Source of the DNA: an uncultured delta proteobacterium
Lineage (GTDB): Bacteria; Myxococcota; Myxococcia; Myxococcales; Myxococcaceae
Assembly (NCBI GenBank): GCA_963796055.1
Contig: CAWCKH010000004.1
Coordinates: 1,248,001-1,312,000, forward strand
Reading direction: 5' to 3'
DNA length: 64,000 nucleotides
Shown here: one piece after another, positions 42,267-52,180 of the stretch
Layout: every line of letters starts with the position of its first letter
Numbering within the stretch: the stretch's first letter is position 1
Program-made: the position numbers and the translations under genes
The notes under the pieces: model-generated
What the model saw: the letters and a program-made list of their open reading frames with translations, nothing else
Told to the model about the DNA's origin: nothing
Database searches by the model: none

Positions 42267-44090
42267 TCACGGACAGCGGGTCACGACCTGCGCCCGGTCC
42301 GCGCCGAACGTCGAGCCCTCGAAGAGGAGCCGGGTGTTGGGCGGGATCAGCCCCGGTCCCTGCACCAGCACGTCTCCCGAGACGTTTCCGCAGAACCCGT
42401 CGGCGGACGTGGTCACCCCGTCGAGCCGGAAGCCCTGCAGCCGGAAGGTGATGCCCGCGCCGCCGTCACCGGCGGTGCCCAGCGGGTACGCAGCGAAGGG
42501 AATCACCGGGTCCCCGAAGTCGATGCCGAAGCGGCCATCGGCGGTCACGGGGGCACTGCCGACGAACGGGTCGCCGACCGGAACCACCGCGCCGGTCCCG
42601 AGCAGCGCGTTCTGATCCACGGCCTGAAGAGCGAGGGTGAGCGTTCCTCCGCTGGTGGTGGCCTGGCCCACGAAGACCGCGGGCAGGTCGGGGAAGAACG
42701 ACGGACCGACGCTGACCAGGAACGCCCCGTCCACGCCCGTCGCCGAGGCCGAGGGCAGCGGCGCTGCCGGACAGTGGGCGTCCGGCCCGGCCGGAACCGC
42801 GATGCCCGGGTCGTACCGCGAGAGGTCGAGCGTGGCGGCGAGGATCCACGTCGGGCCGAACTGGGCGGGGAGCCAGGGGATGTCCGCGCCGAGCGGCGTG
42901 GAGTACCAGGCCAGCGCGAATCGCCTCGGCTGTCCGGGGATCGGCGCGACCGCGGCGTACGCCGTGTCGCCGTTGGACGGCAGCTCGGCCACCTCGAACA
43001 ACCGGACCGGGCTGCGGGGATCGGTCAGGTCGCCACGGAGCTCGTAGAGCGCGGTGCGCTTGCGGGTACACGACAGGTGCTTGCGTGCCACGACGAAGGT
43101 CCGTCCATCCACCTCGAAGAGCTTCGACGGCCCGTCGAGTCGCTGCTCGAGCCGGCGACTGCAGTCGAAGTCCCCGAGGAACCCGAGCCACGAGCCGCGC
43201 TTCACGCAGACCGCGGTCTGCCCGTCCTCGTTCAGACCCTGGTCGTCGAGGCGCACCAGCGCCACGGCGATCATCCGGTCCTCGCCGAGGAAGCTCAGCT
43301 CCGCCTCGCTGGGCACCAGCCGCGGGGCGTTCACCAGGCTGCCCAGCTTGACGAAGGACCTGCCGCCGTCGATGGAGCCGAAGTACGCCGCTTCCTGGTC
43401 CCCGTCGTCGTACCCGGTCGCGTACAGGATGCGCGTCCCGAACGGGGACCGCCAGCCGACGTAGCGCCAGAGTCCCCAGCGCTGGTCGGTGAGCTTGAAG
43501 GCGACCGGGACCGGGGTGTCGAAGCTGTCGCCGTCGTCGCGCGAGGTGGCGAGCACCGTCTGCGTCTCGGCCAGCAGGTCCCGGATGGGGAACCCCGCGA
43601 GCCGCGAGATGGCCCCGAGGCGGAGCGCGCCGTCCCACTCGAAGAGCTTGGGATCACGGATGCCACGCACCGGGTCGCTCGGAGCAGGAAAGACCTCGCT
43701 GGCGAGCCTGCCGCCGTGGCTCTGCGGATCGAAGTGGAAGATGCGGATGCGCGCGGTACCGGTCTCCGCCTGGCCCGTGCCACCGGCCCGGAAGGCGAGC
43801 AGCATCTTCCGCGAGGGCAAGAGATGCAGCTCGACATTCTCCGCGTGCTCGTCCCCGTTCTGGTACACGACATCGATGTCCCGGATGACGCCCCGGGCGT
43901 ATGCGGGCCCGTCGGGGGTGGGCACCCGGGTGGGGGTGAGCGTCACCGCCGCGGACGCGGCGGAAGACGCGGACGCACGGCGTGCATCGCCCGGCACGGA
44001 TGCGGCGCTCGCCCGGCCCTGTGCCCCGCAGGCCACGAGAGCGAGGGCGAGCGGCGGGAAGAGCGGCGGAAACGGCGAGCGACGGCGCAT
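42267..44090 (-). CDS. Hypothetical lipoprotein with Asp-box (BNR/sialidase-like propeller) motifs
   Basis: Lipobox LVAC; SRDDGDSF and SIDGGRSF Asp-boxes, IRDPKL, GDTAYA; Cys-containing C-terminal domain. Confidence 0.65.
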   Translation of the reverse strand: MRRRSPFPPLFPPLALALVACGAQGRASAASVPGDARRASASSAASAAVTLTPTRVPTPDGPAYARGVIRDIDVVYQNGDEHAENVELHLLPSRKMLLAFRAGGTGQAETGTARIRIFHFDPQSHGGRLASEVFPAPSDPVRGIRDPKLFEWDGALRLGAISRLAGFPIRDLLAETQTVLATSRDDGDSFDTPVPVAFKLTDQRWGLWRYVGWRSPFGTRILYATGYDDGDQEAAYFGSIDGGRSFVKLGSLVNAPRLVPSEAELSFLGEDRMIAVALVRLDDQGLNEDGQTAVCVKRGSWLGFLGDFDCSRRLEQRLDGPSKLFEVDGRTFVVARKHLSCTRKRTALYELRGDLTDPRSPVRLFEVAELPSNGDTAYAAVAPIPGQPRRFALAWYSTPLGADIPWLPAQFGPTWILAATLDLSRYDPGIAVPAGPDAHCPAAPLPSASATGVDGAFLVSVGPSFFPDLPAVFVGQATTSGGTLTLALQAVDQNALLGTGAVVPVGDPFVGSAPVTADGRFGIDFGDPVIPFAAYPLGTAGDGGAGITFRLQGFRLDGVTTSADGFCGNVSGDVLVQGPGLIPPNTRLLFEGSTFGADRAQVVTRCP

Positions 44091-44332
44091 GCGAGCACCC
44101 CCGGAAGTCGTGGCGCGGGGCTCACGTAGCAATCGACAATCCATCGCCTCGACGATGGGACGCCGCGATGGCCAGGTGCTGGAGGCCGTGCACCGGTTTG
44201 CACACCTGCGCAGCGGAGCGCTCCGCAGACCGTGGCGCCAAGCCAGCACCGCCTCGGCAGGGGCTTCGCGGGCACCGAGGCCGGGATGCGCGGTGCTCCA
44301 CCGGCAGGGCGCCCGGGTGCCCGGCGGCCGGG

Positions 44333-45661
44333 TCAGAACATCTCGCCGAAGTCGAGGAAGAACGTCTGCTCGGGCGTGAGGCCCACGTCGGCGCGCACCA
44401 CCAGGTGGTGGCTCCACGCCAGCCGCAGCCCGATCGAGCTCCCGACGTGGAAGGGTCCGACGTCGGACTGGCCTAGGCGCGCCCAGACACGGCCCACGTC
44501 CAGACCGGCCACCGTGCCGATCTCGAACTCGCCCAGGCTGAGAAAGCGCCAGCGAAGCTCCGCGTTGCCGAGCAGCTTCGCGTTGCCCTGGTACCGGTCC
44601 AGCGAGAGCCCACGGATCGAGGCGCGGCCTCCGAGCGCGTCCGGGCCGTTGAGCTGGCCCGCCTCGCTGATCCCTCCGGTCGCCGGCAGCACATAGAAGG
44701 GCAACCCGTCGGTGGCCACATCCGCCAGCAGCCGCAGGGCCAGCACCAGCCGCCAGTAGTCGGGGATGAGTCGCTGGTAGAGGCGCAGCGTGAGGTTCGC
44801 CCCGAAGAGGTTCGACTCACCGCCGAAGGCATGCGCAGCGCCGCGCACCGACAGCTCGTGGAACATCCCGCGGGTGGGGGCGAACTCGTTGTCCCGGGTG
44901 TCGAACCGCACGCCGCCGGTCAGCTCGGCGTAGCGCTGCTTGAAGCGGTGATAGGGGTCTCCGGGGAGCGGCCGGCCGTTCCAGCCCACCAGCAGACCGC
45001 GACGCGCATCGGCGTCGAGCTGGGAACCGGTGTCCTGCCCGAGGTCGTCCGGCCGGTAGAGGGGCTGGAACCCCGCCAGAAGGAACTGATAGCCGAGGAG
45101 CACGCTCCACGGGCCCCCGATGGGACGCAGGACGGTGAGCTGCGCACTGGGGAAGATCTCCACGTCGTACTGGTAGAATCGCTTCCCCCGGAACAGCGGA
45201 TTGGGCGAACCGTCCGGCGGGGCCGAGGGACAGACGTCGGGGGCGGCCGGTAGCTGCGCCTTCAGCGCTTCGTCGTCGCAGCGGTCGGCGTCCTCGTCCC
45301 GGACGCTCCCGTTGCCCAGCCCGTAGTACGGCTGGAACTTCGCCCGCTCGTAGCCCACGCGCAGGGTGATCCGGTACGGCGAACCACCGATCCCGGGCAC
45401 ATCGAGGGCCAGCCAGTGCGACTGGATGCCGCCGGTGGTGACGAAGACGTTCCCCTCCACGCTGTAGGCGAACGGCTTCCTCGTCCCCTCCCCGAAGTCG
45501 GTGAGCTTGAAATGCGCGCCGAAGCCCCAGCCCTCGTCCGAGCCGTAGTCGACGATCGGGAACGCCCCGACCTTGAAGCCCAGGTCCGGCGGCGGCTCGT
45601 CGGCACGGGCTGGCAGCCCGCCGAGACCCACGATCAGCACGGCGGCGAGCGCGGGGCGCAT
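44333..45661 (-). CDS. Omp85/BamA-TamA-type outer-membrane beta-barrel without an obvious POTRA domain
   Basis: Signal peptide, DYGSDEGWGFG, FDTRDNEFAPTRG, IRGLSLDRY, NAELRW, GLRLAW, C-terminal Phe (FGEMF). Confidence 0.8.
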   Translation of the reverse strand: MRPALAAVLIVGLGGLPARADEPPPDLGFKVGAFPIVDYGSDEGWGFGAHFKLTDFGEGTRKPFAYSVEGNVFVTTGGIQSHWLALDVPGIGGSPYRITLRVGYERAKFQPYYGLGNGSVRDEDADRCDDEALKAQLPAAPDVCPSAPPDGSPNPLFRGKRFYQYDVEIFPSAQLTVLRPIGGPWSVLLGYQFLLAGFQPLYRPDDLGQDTGSQLDADARRGLLVGWNGRPLPGDPYHRFKQRYAELTGGVRFDTRDNEFAPTRGMFHELSVRGAAHAFGGESNLFGANLTLRLYQRLIPDYWRLVLALRLLADVATDGLPFYVLPATGGISEAGQLNGPDALGGRASIRGLSLDRYQGNAKLLGNAELRWRFLSLGEFEIGTVAGLDVGRVWARLGQSDVGPFHVGSSIGLRLAWSHHLVVRADVGLTPEQTFFLDFGEMF

Positions 45662-45802
45662 GGGGAGGAGCGGTGCAGCTTCCGTACCCATTTGACCTGA
45701 ATTCCCCAGCGGGCATCCGGGTGTGCAGAGGATTGCACGCTGTGCAGCACGCATCACGTGGCGCATCGTGACGTCCCCTCGGGATTCCTTGCTTTCCCCG
45801 AG

Positions 45803-45818
45803 CGGCACGCCATGTGCT
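45803..45818 (+). promoter_or_regulatory. Possible sigma54 promoter of the HK/RR operon
   Basis: CGGCACG-CCAT-GTGCT, GG-N10-GC spacing, about 40 nt before the HK ATG. Confidence 0.4.
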
Positions 45819-45859
45819 CGGGCCCAGAGCGAGAGCCCGTTCTCCCAGGGTCACATTCC

Positions 45860-47356
45860 ATGACGCTTCGCGACTGGCCGGTCATCATCGCCTGCGTCTT
45901 CGGCCTGTCGCTGGTCCTGCTGATCATCTGGCGAGGGCGGCGGAGCCCCCTTGCGGCGCCACTGGCGTTCCTGGTGCTGAACCTCACCGCCTGGAACTTC
46001 GCGGACGATGCCTGGCACGCGTCGGGCGAGACCCGCCTGGTGTGGCACATGATCGACCACGCGCTGTCGCCCCTGAGCCTGCCGCTGGCGTTCGGGTTCG
46101 CCCTGGTCTTCGTTGGACGGCGGGGTCAACTGGGGTGGCTGCTGGTGGTCAGCTGGGTGGTGGCCATCCTCACGGGGGCGCCGGCACTGCTGGCGCTGGT
46201 GGGCGAGCTCGGGCCGATCGCGGCCTGGGGGCGACGGTTCACCGAGGGCGTCTGGTACCCGATCAACTTCGTTCACCTGGTGGTGCTGGCGGCCATCGGT
46301 CTGTGGCTGCTCATCCGCTACGCCATGAGCGCCCCCCCGGGAGAGAAGTCGCAGGCACGCGGCGTGCTGGCAGCGATTGGCGTGCTCATCGCCCTGGGGG
46401 TGTCCGAGTTCGCCCCGGGGCCCGGGCTCGGCCTCTTCGGCTTCATCCTCTTCACCCTCGTCCTCTCCGTGGTCGTGCTGCAGCCCGGGCTTCCGGAGAT
46501 CTCGATCCCCGGGAAGCTGATCCCCATCGCCGTGCTGGCGGCGAGCAGCGGCGTGGGCGCCTGGCTGTTCATGGCCAAGCGCTCCAACGGGCCCGCGGTG
46601 GTGCTGCTGCTCTTGACCGTGCTCGCGCTGGTGGCCCTGGTCATCGGCCTGGGTATCCACGCGAATCGCGCCCAGAGACGCGAGCGGCTGGAGCAGCTGG
46701 TGCTGCTGGGCCGCTTCTCGCAGCAGCTGGCCCACAACCTCAAGAACCCCATCGCCGCCCTGAAGGGGGCGACGCAGTATCTGGAGGTCGAGCTGCACCG
46801 GGGCCGGAGCCTCGCGGAGCAGGAGCACTTCGTGCGGCTGCTGCTCACCCAGGTGGACCGCCTGGAGAACGTCATCGCCGACTACCGGAAGCTCGGGCAG
46901 GCCCACCCCATCACCGAACCGGTAAACCTGAATGCGCTGGTCGACGGGGTCCTCGCCTTGCAGTCCTTCATCGACGGCGAGAGAGTCCGGATCCACTCGG
47001 AGCTGGACGGCTCGCTGCCGCTGCTCTCCGGGGATCCTGGGTTACTGAGGGAAACCCTGGAGAACCTGCTCCGGAACGCCGCCGAGGCGCTGCCGGAGGG
47101 GGGGAACGTGATGGTCAGGACCGGATGGCGGGACCGGAGCCACGTCTACCTCTCCGTCCAGGACGACGGGGTGGGCATCGACGCCCGCACCCGCGAGCGA
47201 CTCAAGGAGTTCTACACCACCAAGCCGGGCGGGAGCGGGCTGGGCCTCGCCTTTGCACGGCGAGTCGCCGAGACGCACGGCGGCGAGCTGCGGATCGAGA
47301 GCCAGCCGGGAAAGGGGACGACGGTCACCGTCGCCCTGGCCGCACCGCCGAGGTGA
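45860..47356 (+). CDS. Multi-TM sensor histidine kinase
   Basis: About 8-9 TMs; H-box AHNLKNP, N-box NLLRNAAEA, DDGVG, FYTTK, GSGLGL, GKGT. Confidence 0.9.
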   Translation: MTLRDWPVIIACVFGLSLVLLIIWRGRRSPLAAPLAFLVLNLTAWNFADDAWHASGETRLVWHMIDHALSPLSLPLAFGFALVFVGRRGQLGWLLVVSWVVAILTGAPALLALVGELGPIAAWGRRFTEGVWYPINFVHLVVLAAIGLWLLIRYAMSAPPGEKSQARGVLAAIGVLIALGVSEFAPGPGLGLFGFILFTLVLSVVVLQPGLPEISIPGKLIPIAVLAASSGVGAWLFMAKRSNGPAVVLLLLTVLALVALVIGLGIHANRAQRRERLEQLVLLGRFSQQLAHNLKNPIAALKGATQYLEVELHRGRSLAEQEHFVRLLLTQVDRLENVIADYRKLGQAHPITEPVNLNALVDGVLALQSFIDGERVRIHSELDGSLPLLSGDPGLLRETLENLLRNAAEALPEGGNVMVRTGWRDRSHVYLSVQDDGVGIDARTRERLKEFYTTKPGGSGLGLAFARRVAETHGGELRIESQPGKGTTVTVALAAPPR

Positions 47357-47360
47357 AGCG

Positions 47361-48785
47361 ATGGACTCCACTCCGCACAGTGTCCTGATCGTCGACGACG
47401 ACGCCGCGGTCGCAGAGACGCTCTCGGCGACCTTGGAGCAGTGGGACCCAAGGCCGGACGAGCTGGACCCGAAGCGCTTCGAGGCCGCCTACGTCCTCTC
47501 CGGGGAGAAGGCGCTGGCCTACCTCGCCGACGGGTTCGCGGACGTGGTCATCGCCGATCTCCGGATGCCGGGGATGGACGGGATGGAGCTGCTGCAGCGG
47601 ATCCAGCACGACCTGCCCGGGACGCCGGTGGTGATGCTCACCGCGCACGCCAGCATCCCGCTCGCGGTGGAGGCAATGCGCCGCGGGGCGCACGACTTCG
47701 TGGAGAAGCCCTGGAACCTCGAGGAGCTGGTCGCCTCGCTCAAGCGGGCGATCAACACCGCTCCTGCGGAGCGCCGAGAGGGACGCGCCCCCGAACCGAG
47801 GACCCGCGAGGTGCTGGCCCGGCTTCCCACGATGGAGAAGGCGCTGGAGGCGGTGCGCCGGGCGGCTGGAGGGATGGCCACCGTCCTCATCCGCGGCGAG
47901 TCGGGCACCGGCAAGAACGTGGCCGCGCGGATGCTGCACGATCTCGGCCCCAGGAAGGCCGCGCCCTTCATCACCGTGCACTGCGCGGGCATCCCCGACG
48001 ACCTGCTGGAGTCGGAGCTGTTCGGGCACGAACCGGGGTCGTTCACCGGCGCCGGACCGAAGCGGAAGGACGGACGGGTGACCTGGGCCGAGGGAGGGAC
48101 GCTGTTCCTCGACGAGATCGGGGACGTTCCCCTCAAGCTTCAAGTGAAGCTGCTCGAGCTGCTGGGAAAGGAGCGCCGCTACACCCGGCTCGGCGGGGAC
48201 AAGGAGCTCACCGCGGACGTGCGGGTGGTCGCCGCGACCCACCGGGATCTCGAGAAGATGACCCGGGAGGGGACCTTCCGGGAGGACCTCTACTTCCGGC
48301 TGAACGTCATCCCGGTGTGGATTCCCCCCCTCCGGGAGCGGCGGGCAGAGATCGAGCAGCTCGCCCGCACGTTTCTCGAGCGGTTCGGAGTCGAGAACGG
48401 TCGCCCGCACCTGAGCTTCGGGGCTCCGGCGCTCGAAGCGCTGCGCTCCTTCCACTGGCCGGGCAACATCCGGCAGCTGGAGAACGTGGTGGAGCGGCTG
48501 GCGGTCATGACCACCGGCGAGAGCATCTCTCTGGAGGACGTCCGCGAGGCGCTGAGCGGGGCGCCCTCGCCACCCCTCGTCGCGGAGTACGATCCGGAGG
48601 TCGGGCGCTCGCTGGCGGCGAACATGAAGGCCATCGAGAAGCGAATCCTGGTGCAGACCCTCAACGAGACCCGGGGCAACAAGGCGCTCGCCGCCCGCTT
48701 CCTGGAGATCTCCCGCCGCAGCCTCTACTACAAGCTCAAGGAGCACGGCCTGGAGCGGTGGAAGCCGCCCGAGGCCGCAGTCTAG
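47361..48785 (+). CDS. Sigma54-dependent NtrC-family response regulator
   Basis: Receiver (VDDD, DLRMPGMDG, KP), GESGTGK, ESELFGHEPGSFTGA, FLDEIGD, WPGNIRQL, Fis-type HTH. Confidence 0.92.
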   Translation: MDSTPHSVLIVDDDAAVAETLSATLEQWDPRPDELDPKRFEAAYVLSGEKALAYLADGFADVVIADLRMPGMDGMELLQRIQHDLPGTPVVMLTAHASIPLAVEAMRRGAHDFVEKPWNLEELVASLKRAINTAPAERREGRAPEPRTREVLARLPTMEKALEAVRRAAGGMATVLIRGESGTGKNVAARMLHDLGPRKAAPFITVHCAGIPDDLLESELFGHEPGSFTGAGPKRKDGRVTWAEGGTLFLDEIGDVPLKLQVKLLELLGKERRYTRLGGDKELTADVRVVAATHRDLEKMTREGTFREDLYFRLNVIPVWIPPLRERRAEIEQLARTFLERFGVENGRPHLSFGAPALEALRSFHWPGNIRQLENVVERLAVMTTGESISLEDVREALSGAPSPPLVAEYDPEVGRSLAANMKAIEKRILVQTLNETRGNKALAARFLEISRRSLYYKLKEHGLERWKPPEAAV

Positions 48786-50329
48786 TGAGCGGCGGCGGCC
48801 GCCTCGGCCGCGTTTGCTCCGGGCTTGCGGAGCAGGAAGACCAGCAGGAACGAGAGGGCGAACACGCCCGCCAGCACCAGGAACCCGGTGTTGAAGGCCC
48901 GCACCAGCGCCTGCGCGTCGAGTCGCGAAGCCATGAGCGCGTACCCGCTCTGGATCGCGTCGGGGAGCCGGGCCACCGCGCCCTGCGCCTGACGGAGCTG
49001 CTCCTGGAAGACCGGGTTGTACGGGTCGGCGTAGCGGGCGAGGTCGCTCCGGAACTGGTGCGTGTTGTTGGTGAGCATGGTGCTCATCCACGCGGTGCCG
49101 ATGGAGCCGCCCAGCTCGCGGGTCAGGTTGAAGAGACCGGCCGCGCTACCGCGCTGGCGGGGGCTCAGACCCGAGAGCGCCACCACCGAGAGGGGTACGA
49201 AGCAGAAGCCCAGGCCCAGCGAACGCACGAAGATGGGCATGGTCAGAGCGTGGGTGTCGGCGAGCTGGGTGAGGTGCCCGTTCAGCCAGAGCGAGGCCAC
49301 CAGTCCGATGGTTCCGAAAGCGATGAGGTAGCGGCTGTCCACCTTGCCGATCAGCCGTCCGACGAGAGGCATGATCAGCAGCTGGATCCAGCTCCCACGC
49401 AGAAACAGCAGCCCGATGTCCATCGCCTCGTAGTGCAGGATGGTTCCGCAGAAGAGCGAGTAGAGGAACGAGCCGGCGAAGAGCGCGGTACCGATGAGGA
49501 AGTTCAGGCCGCTGGCCGCGCTGTAACTGATGTTCTTGAACACCCGGAAGTCCACCACCGGGTGCTCGATCTCCAGCTCGTGCACCACGAAGGTGACCAG
49601 GCAGATGGCCGCCGCACAGGCGAGGACCACGATCCGGGTGTCCTCGAACCAGCCGTCGCGGTTCCCTTCCTCCAGCACGTACTGGAGCGAGACCATGCCC
49701 ACCGCGAGAAGGCCGATGCCCCGAGCGTCGATGGGCTCGCGCGACGGCTTGAAGGTCGGCTCCTTGATGGAGATGAACGCCACCCACGCGGCCAGGAGGC
49801 CCAGCGGCACGTTGATCAGGAAGATCCAGTGCCAGCTGGCGACGTCGATCAGCTTTCCACCGATGGTCGGACCGAGGAGCGGCCCGGTGATGGCCCCGAG
49901 GGCGAACAGCGCGCCCGCCATCCCGTGCTCCTTCTGCGGGTAACGGCCGAAGAGGATGTTCTGCGAGGTGGGGATGATGGCTCCCCCGCCGATGCCCTGG
50001 AGGATGCGGAAGATCACCAGCGAGGGCAGGTTCCAGGCCAGCCCGCACAGCGCCGAGGCGGCGGTGAACATCAGCAGCGAGCCGGCAAAGTAGTTCCGGA
50101 AACCGAACCGGCGCTGCAGCCACCCCGACAACGGGATGATGGTCACGTTGGCCATCGCGTACCCGGTGGAGACCCAGGCGATCTGGTCGAGCGGGGTGCC
50201 GAAGCTCGCCCGGATGTCGTTCAGCGCGACGTTGACGATGCTGATGTCGATGACCGACATCAGCGCGCCGAGCATCGCGGCGACGGTGATCAGGACCTTG
50301 TTGCCCTGGATGGGAGTCTGCTCGGCCAC
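48782..50329 (-). CDS. DHA2 family MFS efflux permease (EmrB-like)
   Basis: DISIVNVAL, FRILQGIGGG, GPLLGPTIGG, WHWIFLINVPLG. Confidence 0.9.
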   Translation of the reverse strand: MAEQTPIQGNKVLITVAAMLGALMSVIDISIVNVALNDIRASFGTPLDQIAWVSTGYAMANVTIIPLSGWLQRRFGFRNYFAGSLLMFTAASALCGLAWNLPSLVIFRILQGIGGGAIIPTSQNILFGRYPQKEHGMAGALFALGAITGPLLGPTIGGKLIDVASWHWIFLINVPLGLLAAWVAFISIKEPTFKPSREPIDARGIGLLAVGMVSLQYVLEEGNRDGWFEDTRIVVLACAAAICLVTFVVHELEIEHPVVDFRVFKNISYSAASGLNFLIGTALFAGSFLYSLFCGTILHYEAMDIGLLFLRGSWIQLLIMPLVGRLIGKVDSRYLIAFGTIGLVASLWLNGHLTQLADTHALTMPIFVRSLGLGFCFVPLSVVALSGLSPRQRGSAAGLFNLTRELGGSIGTAWMSTMLTNNTHQFRSDLARYADPYNPVFQEQLRQAQGAVARLPDAIQSGYALMASRLDAQALVRAFNTGFLVLAGVFALSFLLVFLLRKPGANAAEAAAAAH

Positions 50330-50339
50330 GGCGCGGTCT

Positions 50340-51596
50340 CTAGTTGGTGCGGACGGTGACCACGGCGCTCATCCCCGGGCGGAGCGGGACCTCGGGCGTC
50401 CGCTCGAGGCGGACGAGCACCGGGACGCGCTGGACCACCTTCACGAAGTTGCCGCTGGCGTTGTCGGGCGGGAGGAGCGCGAAGCGAGCGCCGGAGGCAC
50501 CGGCCAGGCTCTCCACGTGGCCCTGGAAGTCATGCCGACCGTAGGTGTCGACGCGGACGGAGGCCTTCTGACCGGGCCGCATCTCGCCGATCTGGTCCTC
50601 CTTGAAGTTGGCCACCACCCAGATGTCCTGGAGCGGGACCACTGCCAGCATCGGACGGTCGGGCGCGACGAGCTGGCCCTGCTCCACGGTGCGGCGGCTC
50701 ACCACGCCGTCCACGGGAGCACGCACCTCGGCGTAGCTGCGGTTGAGCGCCGCCAGGTCGTACGCCGCCTGGGCCTGCTCCACCCCGGCCTGCGCGGCCT
50801 GGACGGCGACCTCGGCGGCCTTCACCTGGTCGGGTGCGGTCTCGGCGGCGGCCAGACGGCCCTGCGCGGTGGTCAAGCCACCGCCCGACGAAGCGAGGTT
50901 GGCCTCGGTGCTGGCGAGCCTGGCGCGCGCCTGCTCGAGCTCTGCGCGGGCTTGTTCGGCGCGGGCGCGGCGAGCGTCGATGTCCGCGCGGGCGATGGCG
51001 TCGGCCCTGGCCAGGTCCTGGGCGCGTACCCAGTCGGACTGGGCGAGCCGGTCGGCGGCCTCGGCAGCGTCCACCGCGGCCCGGGCCTGGGCCAGCGCGC
51101 TCCGTGTGGCCTGCACGCTGGAGCTGGCCTGGGTGAGCCCACCGCGGGCCTGGCGCAGCGAGGCGTCGGCGTTCGCCTGGGTGAGCCTGAGGTTGACCTC
51201 CGCCGAGGCGAGCCCGGCGCGGGCGGACTCGAGGTCCGCGCGGGCCGAGGCGAGCTTGGCGTCGAGATCCCTGGTGTCGAGCTGGACCAGGAGATCTCCC
51301 TGCTTCACCGACTGGTTGTCGATGACCAGCACCTTCTCCACTTGACCGGAGACCCGCGGGCTGATGCTGACCACGCGACCCTCGACCTGGGCGTCGTCGG
51401 TACTCTCCTTTCCATGGCCGAGGACCCACGCCCCGAGCGCGCCGACGACGGCGAGGCCGAGGAGGCCGGCGAAGACCTGGGTGGAACGGCGCTGGCGGAA
51501 GCCGGGCCGGGCGGGCGCGGCGGCGGGAGTCTCCGGCGCGGGGGCCGGGACCTCACGCGGGGTGTGCTCGCGAAGGGCAGTGGTGGTGGCGGACAT
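50340..51596 (-). CDS. HlyD/EmrA family membrane fusion protein
   Basis: ESTDDAQV, VRAPVDG, ANFKE, FALLPPDNASGNFVKVVQR, LRPGMS. Confidence 0.92.
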   Translation of the reverse strand: MSATTTALREHTPREVPAPAPETPAAAPARPGFRQRRSTQVFAGLLGLAVVGALGAWVLGHGKESTDDAQVEGRVVSISPRVSGQVEKVLVIDNQSVKQGDLLVQLDTRDLDAKLASARADLESARAGLASAEVNLRLTQANADASLRQARGGLTQASSSVQATRSALAQARAAVDAAEAADRLAQSDWVRAQDLARADAIARADIDARRARAEQARAELEQARARLASTEANLASSGGGLTTAQGRLAAAETAPDQVKAAEVAVQAAQAGVEQAQAAYDLAALNRSYAEVRAPVDGVVSRRTVEQGQLVAPDRPMLAVVPLQDIWVVANFKEDQIGEMRPGQKASVRVDTYGRHDFQGHVESLAGASGARFALLPPDNASGNFVKVVQRVPVLVRLERTPEVPLRPGMSAVVTVRTN

Positions 51597-51667
51597 GGTG
51601 GGGGGAGCTCCTGATTCCTGAAGGTCTGAAGACGAACGTTCCGAGGTGAGGGCAGCCTTCTTGCGGG

Positions 51668-52174
51668 TCAGTCGTGCCGGAACACGTTCACGCGGGCGCG
51701 CAGCTTCTCCACCAGGCCCACGTAGGTCTCCCGCTCGGCCGGGGTGAGCGCCTGGATGAGCTCCTGCATTCGCCGCAGGTGGTCGGGCAGCAGCGAGGCG
51801 ATGAAGTCGGTGCCGCGCGGAGTGAGCCGGACGCGGTACGTGCGCCGGTCGTCCCCCACCTCGCCGCGGGTGACGTGGCCGGACTCGACCAGGCCATCGA
51901 CGAGGCCGGTCATCGCCGCGCGGGTGACGCCGGTCTGGTCGGCGAGCTCGGCGGGGTTAAGACCCTCGTCGTTCGCCTTGTACAGCTGGATGAGCACGTA
52001 CCAGCGGCCCCGCGAGAGGCCGTAGGCCTGGAAGTGCTGCTCCAGCGCCGCATCCAGCTCCCGGTGGAAGTACAGGATGGGGACGCAGGCGCGAATCGCG
52101 TCCCCGTCCAGGCCAGGGACGGTCCTGGACAGCTGCGCGATCTTCTCGAACCTTGGGCAGAGGGTTGGTTTCAC
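51668..52174 (-). CDS. MarR family regulator (EmrR-like)
   Basis: YGLSRGRWYVL, PAELAD, TGLVDGL, DDRR, LTPRG; GTG start at 52174 estimated. Confidence 0.88.
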   Translation of the reverse strand: MKPTLCPRFEKIAQLSRTVPGLDGDAIRACVPILYFHRELDAALEQHFQAYGLSRGRWYVLIQLYKANDEGLNPAELADQTGVTRAAMTGLVDGLVESGHVTRGEVGDDRRTYRVRLTPRGTDFIASLLPDHLRRMQELIQALTPAERETYVGLVEKLRARVNVFRHD

Positions 52175-52180
52175 GGGTTT

